A stretch of DNA of 37,319 nucleotides, from positions 1-37,319 of the IMG/VR virus record IMGVR_UViG_2645727743_000020; one strand, written 5' to 3'. Origin of the DNA: a virus. Its lineage: Duplodnaviria; Heunggongvirae; Uroviricota; Caudoviricetes. Shown piece after piece: positions 1 through 9,128 of this stretch. The notes beneath the pieces are model-generated. The model saw only the letters and a program-made list of their open reading frames with translations. It had not been told where the DNA came from and did no database searches. Each line of letters starts with the position of its first letter. The first letter of the stretch is position 1. A program made the translations under genes and the position numbers.

Positions 1-141
1 TTACTGCTTACACTGTAAGAACGCCGCAAACTCCGCTCCCCAGAAGCTCATCCGTATTTCACACAGCGAACCGTGCAACATCCAGATGATGAGGATTGCC
101 GTCACGCAGAACGTGATGGCCGTAAGCGATTTTTGCGACAT
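1..141 (-). CDS. hok: Hok/Gef-family type I toxin (46 aa small membrane peptide)
   Basis: ATG at 141, TAA at 1..3; AAGGAG SD about 9 nt upstream; product MSQKSLTAITFCVTAILIIWMLHGSLCEIRMSFWGAEFAAFLQCKQ has an N-terminal TM helix and the SLCEIR / E-x-AAF motifs conserved in Hok and Gef; too short for the ORF track (<60 aa). Confidence 0.6.
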   Translation of the reverse strand: MSQKSLTAITFCVTAILIIWMLHGSLCEIRMSFWGAEFAAFLQCKQ

Positions 142-271
142 AGCACTTGCTCCTTTTCCGGAGAGGCGCTAACCTTTCACTTGTCAAGGTAATGCGGTTA
201 GGGCCTCGGTTAAACAGAGATGTTTTCCGGGGCCTTTCCACATCTGGCCTTCGGGTATTCCCTCCGACCAT
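59..271 (-). CDS. mok-like overlapping reading frame (70 codons) covering the hok start
   Basis: Track ORF starting ATG 271, different frame from hok, ends inside hok; same architecture and length as mok of hok/sok loci; weak SD; product is low-complexity. Confidence 0.3.
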   Translation of the reverse strand: MVGGNTRRPDVERPRKTSLFNRGPNRITLTSERLAPLRKRSKCYVAKIAYGHHVLRDGNPHHLDVARFAV

Positions 272-331
272 TAGCCGAAAGGCACCCGCGCGTAATCTAT
301 CGCTTTTTTGTTACTCCGGCAATTCTGCCTG

Positions 332-592
332 TTAATTCTGAGGTAAAGGCAAGCTCATCTGATTGTTTCCCCTGTGTGAAGCTGGCAGCTCATGCCACGG
401 GATACCTTCTGAAGAGTGAACGCCGGAGGCGTGTTTCGATGTGAATTTATGGAAAGCTTCCAGTGTTGAGAAGCATACGCCGCATTCCAGATTGTTACAC
501 TGGTAATACTTTTGCCGTACGGTGTTTGAATCATTTTCCGGGCGACTGGTGCGGATACGGGCAGATGCGCCACAAAGCGGACAACGGAACAT
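332..592 (-). CDS. ogr: Ogr/Delta-family zinc-finger late-gene transcription activator
   Basis: MFRCPLCG...RTSR...YYQCNNLECGVCF matches the Cys4 zinc finger of P2 Ogr (MFHCPLC...RTSR...HQCQNVNC); GGGAGG SD 5 nt upstream of ATG 592; about 14 aa longer than P2 Ogr at the C-terminus. Confidence 0.85.
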   Translation of the reverse strand: MFRCPLCGASARIRTSRPENDSNTVRQKYYQCNNLECGVCFSTLEAFHKFTSKHASGVHSSEGIPWHELPASHRGNNQMSLPLPQN

Positions 593-854
593 AGCGACCT
601 CCCTTAACGTGGTGCAGTCACTATTCTAAGATTTACTTGCTCGGACTCCAACTGGCAGTTTGCGTAGCCAGAATGCAATCAAACCTGACAGTCCGCTTTG
701 AGTTGTGAGTTCAACGGGTCGATGTCAGAAATGTCATTTTGCGATTGAATTTCGCAATATTGAATTCTGTAAGAATGAAAAAGAATATATAGTGTTTATG
801 GCTGTGACGGTGGCGGTCTTTTGTGTGTTTCACTGAGCGCCTGGGGAAAGATGT

Positions 855-874
855 AAAAAACCGCCCAGCGGCGG
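855..874 (-). terminator. Rho-independent terminator downstream of the PRTase/SLOG operon
   Basis: GC stem CCGCC-N4-GGCGG (861..874) followed on the minus strand by a six-U tract (A-run 855..860), 30 nt past the stop of the 905..1462 gene. Confidence 0.5.
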
Positions 875-904
875 CTTTGACTACAGAGAAAAAAGATTTG
901 CACG

Positions 905-1462
905 TCAGATTAGGGCTATCTGCTGATTATTTAGCTTCTCCAATCTTTCAGACAGTTTTATCTTATCTTCAACTTTTTCCAGCGATGATGCTGACATAAA
1001 GCTAATCAGCTTATCAATATCTTTAGGTTCTTTGATAAGAACAAACTCCCTTGTCTTATTAATGAAAACAGCTGAGTTTTTCTTTCTTGATAGCAACTCA
1101 ATGACGTTGCTCAGTGTTCCCGGACTTTTTGTATCCCAAACCATAAGGCCACAGTCTGCTGTTTCTGCCATCTTTATATCTTTGGCTGTGTAGAAATCTC
1201 GAGTTCCGGGTCGGAAGTTTGATTTAACGAGTTTCACGGGCCATGCACCAAAATTGTTTCGTGGCTTGGCATCACTAGTGAACACAGTGGTTGCGCTATA
1301 ACCCAATTGTTTTAGTTCCAGCTGTACGGAAGAGTCAACGCCAGAGGCGTCACCGACGATAACATTAAAGTTCTTGTCAACAATCTTCTTTAAGCGCTCA
1401 ACGATAAGCGGGTCGAGCTTTTTAATGGTTATCGAGCCAGCAACGAAAACTGTCGTTGTCAT
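905..1462 (-). CDS. SLOG/DprA-like Rossmann-fold protein, second gene of the PRTase pair (ShosA-like candidate)
   Basis: ATG 1462 with GGAG SD, 2 nt after the PRTase stop; motifs VFVAGS...VIVGDASGVD and SPGTLSNVIELL resemble the glycine-rich loops of DprA/LOG (SLOG superfamily); family assignment is by motif only. Confidence 0.55.
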   Translation of the reverse strand: MTTTVFVAGSITIKKLDPLIVERLKKIVDKNFNVIVGDASGVDSSVQLELKQLGYSATTVFTSDAKPRNNFGAWPVKLVKSNFRPGTRDFYTAKDIKMAETADCGLMVWDTKSPGTLSNVIELLSRKKNSAVFINKTREFVLIKEPKDIDKLISFMSASSLEKVEDKIKLSERLEKLNNQQIALI

Positions 1463-1464
1463 GG

Positions 1465-2052
1465 TTATCTCCAGGTTAGTGCTGCTACATAAATTTTATT
1501 GATTTTATTATAACCGCGTAACGCTGTAACTGCAGCTTCCATGGATGCTCCTGTATGGAAGAGATCATCAACGATGAGGGCATTAAAAGGGCCATCCCCG
1601 ACAATTTGGTTTTGATAAGAAAAAGCGTCAGCAACAGCAGCTTCTTTCTCTTCTTTAGTGTTCAGATTTTTCAAAGACACGCCACCAGGTGCTTTGATTA
1701 ATAACTCATTGAAGCTAAACATGTTATTTCCCATTTTTGATGCCAGAGCGTCAGTAATTGCTGTCACGGGTTGAATTTTTCGAACATTTGAAGCTGCCAT
1801 TGGGATGATTAATTGTATGTTTTGAAAAAGAGGCACAGCATTAACTAATAGGCACTGGGCAAGCGCATCAACTTGGTCCATGTCATTTTGATATTTTAAC
1901 TGGTATACGGCTTCTCCAACCTCCGTGCGATCGTTTTGAAACATAGGCTTGCCATACTCGTTATCACCTAAATAAGTACTCTTAATCAAATGCTTATCCA
2001 TCGCGTAACCTAAATCCCAGTTACCCGTAATTGGCTTGATGTTTACTTTCAC
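1465..2052 (-). CDS. Type I phosphoribosyltransferase-domain protein (ShosT-like candidate)
   Basis: GTG start 2052 with AAGGAAA SD; PRPP-binding signature ALIVDDLFHTGASMEA near the C-terminus; inserted between tail gene D and ogr. Confidence 0.7.
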   Translation of the reverse strand: MKVNIKPITGNWDLGYAMDKHLIKSTYLGDNEYGKPMFQNDRTEVGEAVYQLKYQNDMDQVDALAQCLLVNAVPLFQNIQLIIPMAASNVRKIQPVTAITDALASKMGNNMFSFNELLIKAPGGVSLKNLNTKEEKEAAVADAFSYQNQIVGDGPFNALIVDDLFHTGASMEAAVTALRGYNKINKIYVAALTWR

Positions 2053-2285
2053 TACGCTTTCCTTGTTTGTTGTAATTGTTAATGAAGATACGCTAATTGG
2101 GAGTAATCCTAAAAGAAATCTTTAGTGAATTGTGAAGGCCGTTCGATCTTATAGGGGAATTGAGTATTTTCTATTGAAGTACAATAGTTAGTGTCCGATC
2201 TTGGCATAGAGCGAACTGTTAGATTAGGTTTGGTTCTGTGCCGTAAGCGTGTCAGCTCTGAGCTGGGCTAATGCATCTAAATTGC

Positions 2286-3395
2286 TCACTCTGTTTCTGC
2301 TATCCATTCCGGGATTTTTGCTTCAAGCTCAAGCCGCGTGGTAAAACCGCTGTTATCAATAGAGTGCTCCGCTTTTGCAATAATCCAGTCCTGATTATCA
2401 ATGTCGCTTTTGAAGCCTGTCACCGTGCCATGCATTTCGGGGTAGAGTTCTGCGCGGCCACGCGCCAGCGTGATGGAAAAAGATGCCGCTCCGCGCTGTA
2501 GCTGCTGCCACTTTGCAGCTGCTGCGCGCCTTGCTGCCTGCTCGTTCTGATAAGTCTTGCGTAACACAAACACATTGCCTTCCGCGCCTTCCATATAATC
2601 ACCTTCACGGCTGCTGCTTTTCTCCTTTTTGGGTTTTGGCGGTTTGCGGCGTTTCACGCTGACTTTTTTCTTTTTCCCGTAATTAAGATCAAGCCAGTAA
2701 GCGCGTACCCCCGTATACGCCTCGCGGTCAGCAATGCGGAACTGATGGCGATCGCCGCTGCTGCGTGTGATGGCGAACGATGGCAACGGCTGGCCCTGTG
2801 CGTTCACGCCACCGCCGGGCATGATGAATAACAGATTACCGCTTTTTACCGTGGTGATTGCGCCCAGCATTTCCGCCATGCGCGTAAGGAAGGACATGTC
2901 GCTTTCTTCAGTCTGGTCGGCGTGGTCGATTTCGATATCCATCAGCATTTCGCTGATTTGCGGTTTCAGACCATACCGATGAGCGATGGCGGATACCACA
3001 CGCTCAATGGTCACATCATGCCAGGACACCTCACGTTTAACGTTAAATTCATCCCGAAAATCTGCGCTTCTGGCTGAAACAGTCAGCCTGTCCGGCGGTC
3101 CTTCGTGAGCGATTTCATCAACAATGTAAGTGCCTTTTTCTGTCAGTGGTTCTCCTTTCCAGCCAATGAGAACCGTCAGGCGCGCGCCCCGTGGCGGTAG
3201 CTGCAACTGACCATCCGCATCATCCAGCGTGATGGTGAGCTGGTCCGCCTCAAATCCCCGGTTGTCGGTCAGTGACAGGCTCATCAGGCGCTCGGCCACG
3301 CCTGACAGCGTTTTACCCTCCGCGAGAATATCAAAATCCGGCATTTTCACGGGGTCTGTGCCCTGACTGAGCAATTGCATGGTGGTGTCGGTCAT
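2286..3395 (-). CDS. D: Tail protein D (late control gene D homolog)
   Basis: 369 aa from ATG 3395 with GGGAGGGAA SD; track ORF extends to 3527 but has no better start; length and position match P2 gpD. Confidence 0.85.
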   Translation of the reverse strand: MTDTTMQLLSQGTDPVKMPDFDILAEGKTLSGVAERLMSLSLTDNRGFEADQLTITLDDADGQLQLPPRGARLTVLIGWKGEPLTEKGTYIVDEIAHEGPPDRLTVSARSADFRDEFNVKREVSWHDVTIERVVSAIAHRYGLKPQISEMLMDIEIDHADQTEESDMSFLTRMAEMLGAITTVKSGNLLFIMPGGGVNAQGQPLPSFAITRSSGDRHQFRIADREAYTGVRAYWLDLNYGKKKKVSVKRRKPPKPKKEKSSSREGDYMEGAEGNVFVLRKTYQNEQAARRAAAAKWQQLQRGAASFSITLARGRAELYPEMHGTVTGFKSDIDNQDWIIAKAEHSIDNSGFTTRLELEAKIPEWIAETE

Positions 3396-3552
3396 CTGTT
3401 CCCTCCCTGTGCGGCATGGTCGCATGTGCGTGCGGAGGGGGTTACTGCTTTTTGTTGTCGCCGTGGCGGGAGAACGGCGCAGGGGTGAGATTACGCGCGT
3501 GGTGGGTGATGATTGTTGCCGAATCATTTAACGGATACAAGGGGCTGAAGCT

Positions 3553-4737
3553 ATGAGTGAAACTCGTTTTCATGGTGCCCGTGTTACGGAAAATACCGAC
3601 CTGGTAACAGCGATTAACGATGTTGATTCCAGCGTTATCGGTATCGTGGCAACGGCGGATGATGCGGACGCGAAGCTGTTCCCGCTGAACAAGCCCACAC
3701 TGCTGACCCGCGTCACTGACGTGCTGGGAAAATGCGGGACAACGGGGACGCTTTATCGTGCGCTTAAGGCCATCGCAGACCAGGTGAGCACAAAGGTGAT
3801 CGTCGTTCGCGTGGCTGAACACAAAGAAGAAGACGGAAAAACGCAGGATCAACTGGTTATCGGTGGTTCTGAATCTGACGGCAGCTATACGGGGATGTAT
3901 GCGCTGCTTGTTGCAGAGCAGGATGAAAGCATCGGATACCGTCCGCGTATTCTGGCCGCGCCGGAGCTGGACACGGAGGCGGTAACAAAATCCCTGTGCG
4001 TGATTGCGGGTAAACTGCGCGCGTTTGTGTATGCCTCATGTCACGGCTGTAACACGATGGCTGAGGCGATTACCTACCGCCAGAAATTCAACGAACGTGA
4101 GGTGATGCTCTTATGGCCGGACTTCATCGCCTACAACCCGAAAAGTGGCAAAAACGAAACGTTCCCCGCGCCTGCCTATGCGTGCGGCCTTCGTGCGTAC
4201 ATTGACCATGAGCAGGGCTGGCACAAATCGCTGTCCAACGTTCCGGTTAAAAATGTGCTGGGGATGTCCAGGCATGTGTTCTGGTCGTTGCAGGCCGAAG
4301 ACAGTGATGCCAACAGCCTCAACAACAAAGAAATCACGACCATTATTCGTCGCAACGGGTTCCGCTTCTGGGGCAACCGCACACCGGAAACGAACGCCTA
4401 CATCTTTGAGGTGTATACCCGAACCGCACAGGTGCTGGCTGATTCAATTGCGGAAGCGCAGTTTGAAACCATCGACAGTCCACTGACGCCTGCGAACGTG
4501 AAAGATGTTATCAGTGCCATCAGGGCAAAACTGGATTCACTGGTTACTGCCGGGAAACTGATTGGCGCGGAGTGCTGGTATGACGTGGTGGATAACAGCA
4601 CCACGGATTTACGTCAGGGGCGTGTGCGTATTCGCTACAAATATACGCCCGTTCCACCACTGGAAGACATGGAGCTTTACCAGACGTTTACTGATGAATA
4701 CTTTGAACCCGCATTTGCGGTGCTGGGAGGTGCCTGA
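3553..4737 (+). CDS. FI: Contractile tail sheath protein FI
   Basis: 394 aa (P2 FI about 396 aa); stop overlaps FII start (TGATG); first gene of the tail operon. Confidence 0.9.
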   Translation: MSETRFHGARVTENTDLVTAINDVDSSVIGIVATADDADAKLFPLNKPTLLTRVTDVLGKCGTTGTLYRALKAIADQVSTKVIVVRVAEHKEEDGKTQDQLVIGGSESDGSYTGMYALLVAEQDESIGYRPRILAAPELDTEAVTKSLCVIAGKLRAFVYASCHGCNTMAEAITYRQKFNEREVMLLWPDFIAYNPKSGKNETFPAPAYACGLRAYIDHEQGWHKSLSNVPVKNVLGMSRHVFWSLQAEDSDANSLNNKEITTIIRRNGFRFWGNRTPETNAYIFEVYTRTAQVLADSIAEAQFETIDSPLTPANVKDVISAIRAKLDSLVTAGKLIGAECWYDVVDNSTTDLRQGRVRIRYKYTPVPPLEDMELYQTFTDEYFEPAFAVLGGA

Positions 4738-5249
4738 TGGCTGTACCAAAACATCTTCGCTTTTTTACGCTGTTTGTGGATGGTGAAAACGAAGTGGGTA
4801 AGGTGACGTCCGTCACTCTGCCTAAGCTGACGCGCAAAACCGACAGTTACCGGGGTGGTGGCATGATGGGTGCGGTAAGTATTGATCTCGGTCTGGACGA
4901 CTCCGCGCTTGATGCGAGCTTTGTCATGGGGGGCGCAGTTCGTGAGCTGTTCCTTAAGTATGGCGGCACGATTGACGGCACGCTGCTGCGTTTTGCGGGT
5001 GAATACTACACCGATGCAGAAAGCGACCTGTATGAAGTCGAAATGCGCGGACGTGTGACGGAAATTGATATGGGGGAAGCCAAACAGGGCGAAGCCACAT
5101 CACACACTTACGCCATTAAAAACACCTACTACAAGCTGAGTGTTAACGATCGCCCGTTGTGGGAGATTGACCTGCTGAACTTCATTTACCGGAAGGACGG
5201 CAAGGACATTGTGCCCGATCGCATCCGTTCCGCGCTCGGGCTTGGCTGA
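4737..5249 (+). CDS. FII: Tail tube protein FII
   Basis: 170 aa (P2 FII about 172 aa); translationally coupled to FI. Confidence 0.9.
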   Translation: MAVPKHLRFFTLFVDGENEVGKVTSVTLPKLTRKTDSYRGGGMMGAVSIDLGLDDSALDASFVMGGAVRELFLKYGGTIDGTLLRFAGEYYTDAESDLYEVEMRGRVTEIDMGEAKQGEATSHTYAIKNTYYKLSVNDRPLWEIDLLNFIYRKDGKDIVPDRIRSALGLG

Positions 5250-5303
5250 TAAGTAATATGCAGGCGGCGCAGTGCGTCGCCTCTGACTGAAAGGAGTTTC
5301 CTG

Positions 5304-5669
5304 ATGAAAGAGACGAAAAACATCGATACCGAAAACACGGTAGTTACTGACACTGTGAAAGAAACCAGTGAGCGTGGCGTAAAACTTACCCAACCAATTG
5401 AGCGAGGCGGCGAAAAAATCACGTATGTGGAGATCACCGGGGCTATTGAGCAGGCTGGATCTCTGCGAGATTTGTCGCTGTCTGATGTGCTGAATCTGAA
5501 AGCGGAATCCATGTTTACGCTGCTGTCACGCGTGACATCACCGCGACTGGATGAAGTGACGATCAAAAAAATGGCATCCCGTGACTTTATTCAGTTATGT
5601 GTGGTTGCCGTAAATTTTTTGAGCGGTGCGGACTCTGGCGGGAAGAACGAACAGGCGACGGAAGCCTGA
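5304..5669 (+). CDS. E: Tail assembly chaperone E
   Basis: 121 aa, directly upstream of the tape-measure gene; contains the slippery heptamer. Confidence 0.85.
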   Translation: MKETKNIDTENTVVTDTVKETSERGVKLTQPIERGGEKITYVEITGAIEQAGSLRDLSLSDVLNLKAESMFTLLSRVTSPRLDEVTIKKMASRDFIQLCVVAVNFLSGADSGGKNEQATEA

Positions 5670-5833
5670 TCACGGTTGTGTGCTTTGAGCACATAGAAGA
5701 CTTTGTGGCTGATATTGCCGCCATTTTTAACTGGTCGCCCGCCGAAATCTTCATGATGACGCCCGGCGAAGTGGTTAGCTGGCGTGAGCGGGCGGCACTT
5801 CGCAGCGGGAATGCAGACAATGAAGACTCTTGA
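5304..5833 (+). CDS. E': Tail assembly chaperone E+E' made by programmed -1 frameshift
   Basis: Slippery T TTT TTG at 5615..5621 in the E frame; the -1 frame continues open to 5833 (track ORF 5597..5833 is the E' part); same arrangement as P2 E/E'. Confidence 0.7.
5615..5621 (+). promoter_or_regulatory. Programmed -1 ribosomal frameshift slippery heptamer (TTTTTTG)
   Basis: Codons AAT TTT TTG in the E frame verified against the E C-terminus VAVNFLSG; -1 slip gives FFERCGLW, which matches the overlapping ORF. Confidence 0.7.
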
Positions 5834-8627
5834 TATCCGGGTCGCTTTCAGCGCCGTTGACAGGCTGACCCGGCCTGCCGAAAACGCCCGCCGCCTGATG
5901 GGGCAGTTTGGTGACTCCATCCAGCGAACGCAGGGGGCGATCAAAAATCTCGAGCGTCAGGCGCGATCATTTGAGCGCGCCCACGACGCTGTCAGTAAAG
6001 CGGATGCTGGCATCGTGAAAGCACGACGCCAGCTTAACGCCCTTAATCAGTTACAACGCACGGGTACAGTGCTCAGCGAAAAACAACAAAAGCTGATGCA
6101 GCAGTTAAGCACCCGGCTTGAACGCCTGAATGAATCGCGCACACGGGAAATTCAGAAAATGCGGGAACTTGGCGGAGAGCTGAAACGCCACGGCATTTCC
6201 CTGACAGGCAGCGATAACACAATCCAGCAGGCCATCAGACGCACCGAACAGTACAACAACCAACTTGAACGCGAACGGCAGGCGCTTGCGCGTGTAACGC
6301 GGGCGCGTGAGCGGTATTCGCGCGCGCAGGAAACCGCGGGAAAACTGAAAACAGGTGGTGCGCTGGCAATTGGTGCTGCAGCGGCTGGCGGCTATGCTGC
6401 CGGGCGTTTTTTGCAGCCTGCGATCGGGTTCGGCAAAGAGATGTCCCGCGTTCAGGCACTGACGCGAATCGACAAAAACAGCCCGCAGTTTAAGGCGCTG
6501 CGTGAGCAGGCGTTAAAACTTGGTTCTGAAACACAGTTTACTGCGAGTGATGCCGCCAGTGGGCAGAGCTTTCTGGCAATGGCTGGTTTTACTCCGCAGG
6601 CCATTCAGGCCGCATTGCCCGGTGTTCTTAATATGGCGCTGGCAGGTGGCGTCGAACTCGGCGAGACGGCGGATATAGGCTCCAATATCCTCACACAGTT
6701 CAACCTGACAGCCGATCAAATGGACCGGGTTGGCGATACGCTGACAGCGGCATTCACCCGGACCAATACTGATTTACGCGCGCTGGGCGAAACCATGAAG
6801 TATACCGGTCCGGTTGCCGCAAAACTTGGTATCAGTCTTGAAGAAGCGGCAGCCATGGCCGGGATGCTTGCCAATAATGGTCTTCGTGGAAGCGATGCTG
6901 GTACGGCCATGCGCGCAAGTCTGTCCCGCCTTGCATCACCGCCAAAAGCTGCGGCTGATGCGCTGAAAGAGCTGGGGGTGTCAGTTGCTGACGCCAGAGG
7001 CAAAATGCGCCCGATGGAGGATGTGCTGCTTGATCTCTATAAGGCGACACAAAAATACGGACAGGTGGACCAGGTCTCCTTCTTCAAGGACATCGCCGGA
7101 GAAGAGGCGTTCGTTGGTTTGCAGACGCTTGTTGCGGCGGCTGGTTCAGGAGAGCTGCAAAAACTGACCAGAGAATTGCAGGGGGCAAGGGGAGAGGCCG
7201 ATCGCGTTGCAAAAGTAATGGCCGATAATCTTGATGGGGACCTGAAAAATCTCGACAGCGCATGGGAAGGTCTTCGTATTCGCATCAGTGATCTGGTTGA
7301 CGGTCCGCTGCGTTCTGTCACGCAGTGGCTCACGCGGGTGCTTGAAAAAATCACCTCGCTGGCGCAGGCCCATCCGGTACTGACGCGCCAGCTACTGATA
7401 GCAGGCGGTGCGTTGCTGGCAATGACTGCAACGATTGGCTCGTTGTCGCTGGTTATTGGGGTGCTTTACGGGAAGCTGGCCACCCTGCGTCTTGGTTTTG
7501 ACATTCTTACCCGGTCAATGAATGTCGTCAGGGTGTTGCCTGCGCTGTGGGGAATGGTGACGGGTTCCGTTTCTTTGCTGGGAGGCGCTATCGGGGCGCT
7601 GTTCAGTCCGGTTGGTCTTATCGTGGCTGCGCTTGCCGGAGCTGCCGTTCTTATCTGGAAATATTGGGATCCCATCAGGGCATTTTTTGCCGGGTTGTTC
7701 AGCGGGATTATGGAAAGGCTGAACCCGTTGCGTGAAACCTTTGAACGGTTTGGTCCTGTTTTTGACGCAATCGGAAGCGGGATCAGCCAGGTGTTTAACT
7801 GGTTTAAATCGCTGCTGTCACCGATGGAGTCCAGCAAGGAAACGCTGGATAAATGTACCAGTGCTGGCGAGATATTCGGTAACGCTCTTGGTGGCGCGCT
7901 ACAGCTTGTTCTGACGCCTGCAAAAATGTTGCTGGATACGCTGGCGTGGATACTTGAAAAACTCGGTGTGCTTCCGGATGAAGCGGAAAGGGCGAGAAAG
8001 AAAATCGAAGACGCACAGCGTGCGGCCATTCTTCAGGACAAGGTTGCTCTGTTTCAGGGAGACATTGCGAAAATCAATCCGCCGAGGTCTGCGGAAAATG
8101 GCAATGGCACCGGAGGCGATAAACCCAAAGACAACAAACCGCTCACAGACAGCAATACCGGCACGCTACGCAGACTCAGCAAAATTGCTGATAACACAGG
8201 TAAGCTGGTTGATGAGACAAAAAAACGTATTGGCCCCGGCGATATTGTCTTTAAGAACCTGCCCCGCGCACTTGCTGTTCGTGGGGAGTGGCAGGAGCGG
8301 AAGATTGCACAGGTCAGTAAGCCTGCCCCCGCAATGAATATCACCCCCGTGGTCCCGGCTCCGCTGCCTCCGGCGCTGGTCCCTGTTGTTGCGGCCAGCT
8401 CCCGCCCGGTGGCGGAGGCCATACGATCTCCAGTGGCATCAGTTCCTGTAACTTCCCGTAACCGGGAGCCTGTTGCCTCCAGATTTGGTGGTGAAATTCA
8501 TGTTCATCTGCATAACGTTGTTACGCAGAATCCCCGCGAACTGGCGAAACTGGTCGGTGAAATGGTCAGGGCAGAAATGGAACGGCGCGCCCGTGCCGGG
8601 CGTGGCAGTTTTTACGATAAAGATTGA
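5820..8627 (+). CDS. T: Tail tape measure protein T
   Basis: Long Ala/Gly/Leu-rich protein with coiled-coil N-terminus and hydrophobic central segment; start set at ATG 5820 (MKTLDIRV) just before the E' stop; track offers GTG 5784 and ATG 5811 as alternatives. Confidence 0.85.
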   Translation: MKTLDIRVAFSAVDRLTRPAENARRLMGQFGDSIQRTQGAIKNLERQARSFERAHDAVSKADAGIVKARRQLNALNQLQRTGTVLSEKQQKLMQQLSTRLERLNESRTREIQKMRELGGELKRHGISLTGSDNTIQQAIRRTEQYNNQLERERQALARVTRARERYSRAQETAGKLKTGGALAIGAAAAGGYAAGRFLQPAIGFGKEMSRVQALTRIDKNSPQFKALREQALKLGSETQFTASDAASGQSFLAMAGFTPQAIQAALPGVLNMALAGGVELGETADIGSNILTQFNLTADQMDRVGDTLTAAFTRTNTDLRALGETMKYTGPVAAKLGISLEEAAAMAGMLANNGLRGSDAGTAMRASLSRLASPPKAAADALKELGVSVADARGKMRPMEDVLLDLYKATQKYGQVDQVSFFKDIAGEEAFVGLQTLVAAAGSGELQKLTRELQGARGEADRVAKVMADNLDGDLKNLDSAWEGLRIRISDLVDGPLRSVTQWLTRVLEKITSLAQAHPVLTRQLLIAGGALLAMTATIGSLSLVIGVLYGKLATLRLGFDILTRSMNVVRVLPALWGMVTGSVSLLGGAIGALFSPVGLIVAALAGAAVLIWKYWDPIRAFFAGLFSGIMERLNPLRETFERFGPVFDAIGSGISQVFNWFKSLLSPMESSKETLDKCTSAGEIFGNALGGALQLVLTPAKMLLDTLAWILEKLGVLPDEAERARKKIEDAQRAAILQDKVALFQGDIAKINPPRSAENGNGTGGDKPKDNKPLTDSNTGTLRRLSKIADNTGKLVDETKKRIGPGDIVFKNLPRALAVRGEWQERKIAQVSKPAPAMNITPVVPAPLPPALVPVVAASSRPVAEAIRSPVASVPVTSRNREPVASRFGGEIHVHLHNVVTQNPRELAKLVGEMVRAEMERRARAGRGSFYDKD

Positions 8628-8633
8628 GGAGTC

Positions 8634-9128
8634 ATGGCCATGATGATGATCTACGGCATGTTTGTTTTTGAGCTGCGCACGCTGCCGCATCAGCAGTTAC
8701 AGCAAAACAAAAGCTGGCGGCATGTGAAAAATGAACGCGTTAACCGTTCAGCAAGCTGGCAGTATATCGGTGCAGGTGATGATCGCATCGTTCTTTCTGG
8801 TGTGCTTTATCCTGAAATTACAGGTGGCGAAGTGTCGCTGTCGCTGCTGACCACGCAGGCGTATACAGGACGACCCTGGCCTTTGATTGATGGCGTCGGG
8901 CAGATTTACGGCATGTATGTCCTGACTGGAACGAATACGACCCGTTCCGAGTTTGATCGCTACGGTAAGGCGAAAAAGATAGAATTTTCACTGACCCTTG
9001 AACGCTGTGATGAGGATTTGCGGGAGCGCCTGCAATCCTCATCGTTCAGTGATATGCTGTCCGGCTTCAAAGATAAGGTCACATCATCCCTTAACAGCGC
9101 GGCCAGCTCCGTTAAAGGGCTGTTTTGA
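8634..9128 (+). CDS. U: Tail protein U
   Basis: 164 aa (P2 U about 159 aa), YGMFVFELRTLPHQ N-terminus, immediately after T. Confidence 0.85.
   Translation: MAMMMIYGMFVFELRTLPHQQLQQNKSWRHVKNERVNRSASWQYIGAGDDRIVLSGVLYPEITGGEVSLSLLTTQAYTGRPWPLIDGVGQIYGMYVLTGTNTTRSEFDRYGKAKKIEFSLTLERCDEDLRERLQSSSFSDMLSGFKDKVTSSLNSAASSVKGLF

Noticed and set aside
1465-2052. Reading the PRTase as a housekeeping salvage enzyme (apt/hpt/upp-like)
   Set aside because: It sits inside the prophage late region in a two-gene cassette with a SLOG-like partner and its own terminator, which is cargo context rather than core metabolism; still needs profile confirmation
3442-3852. 136-aa minus-strand ORF across the D/FI intergenic region and FI 5' end
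   Set aside because: Overlaps the well-supported FI start antisense; no SD; composition atypical
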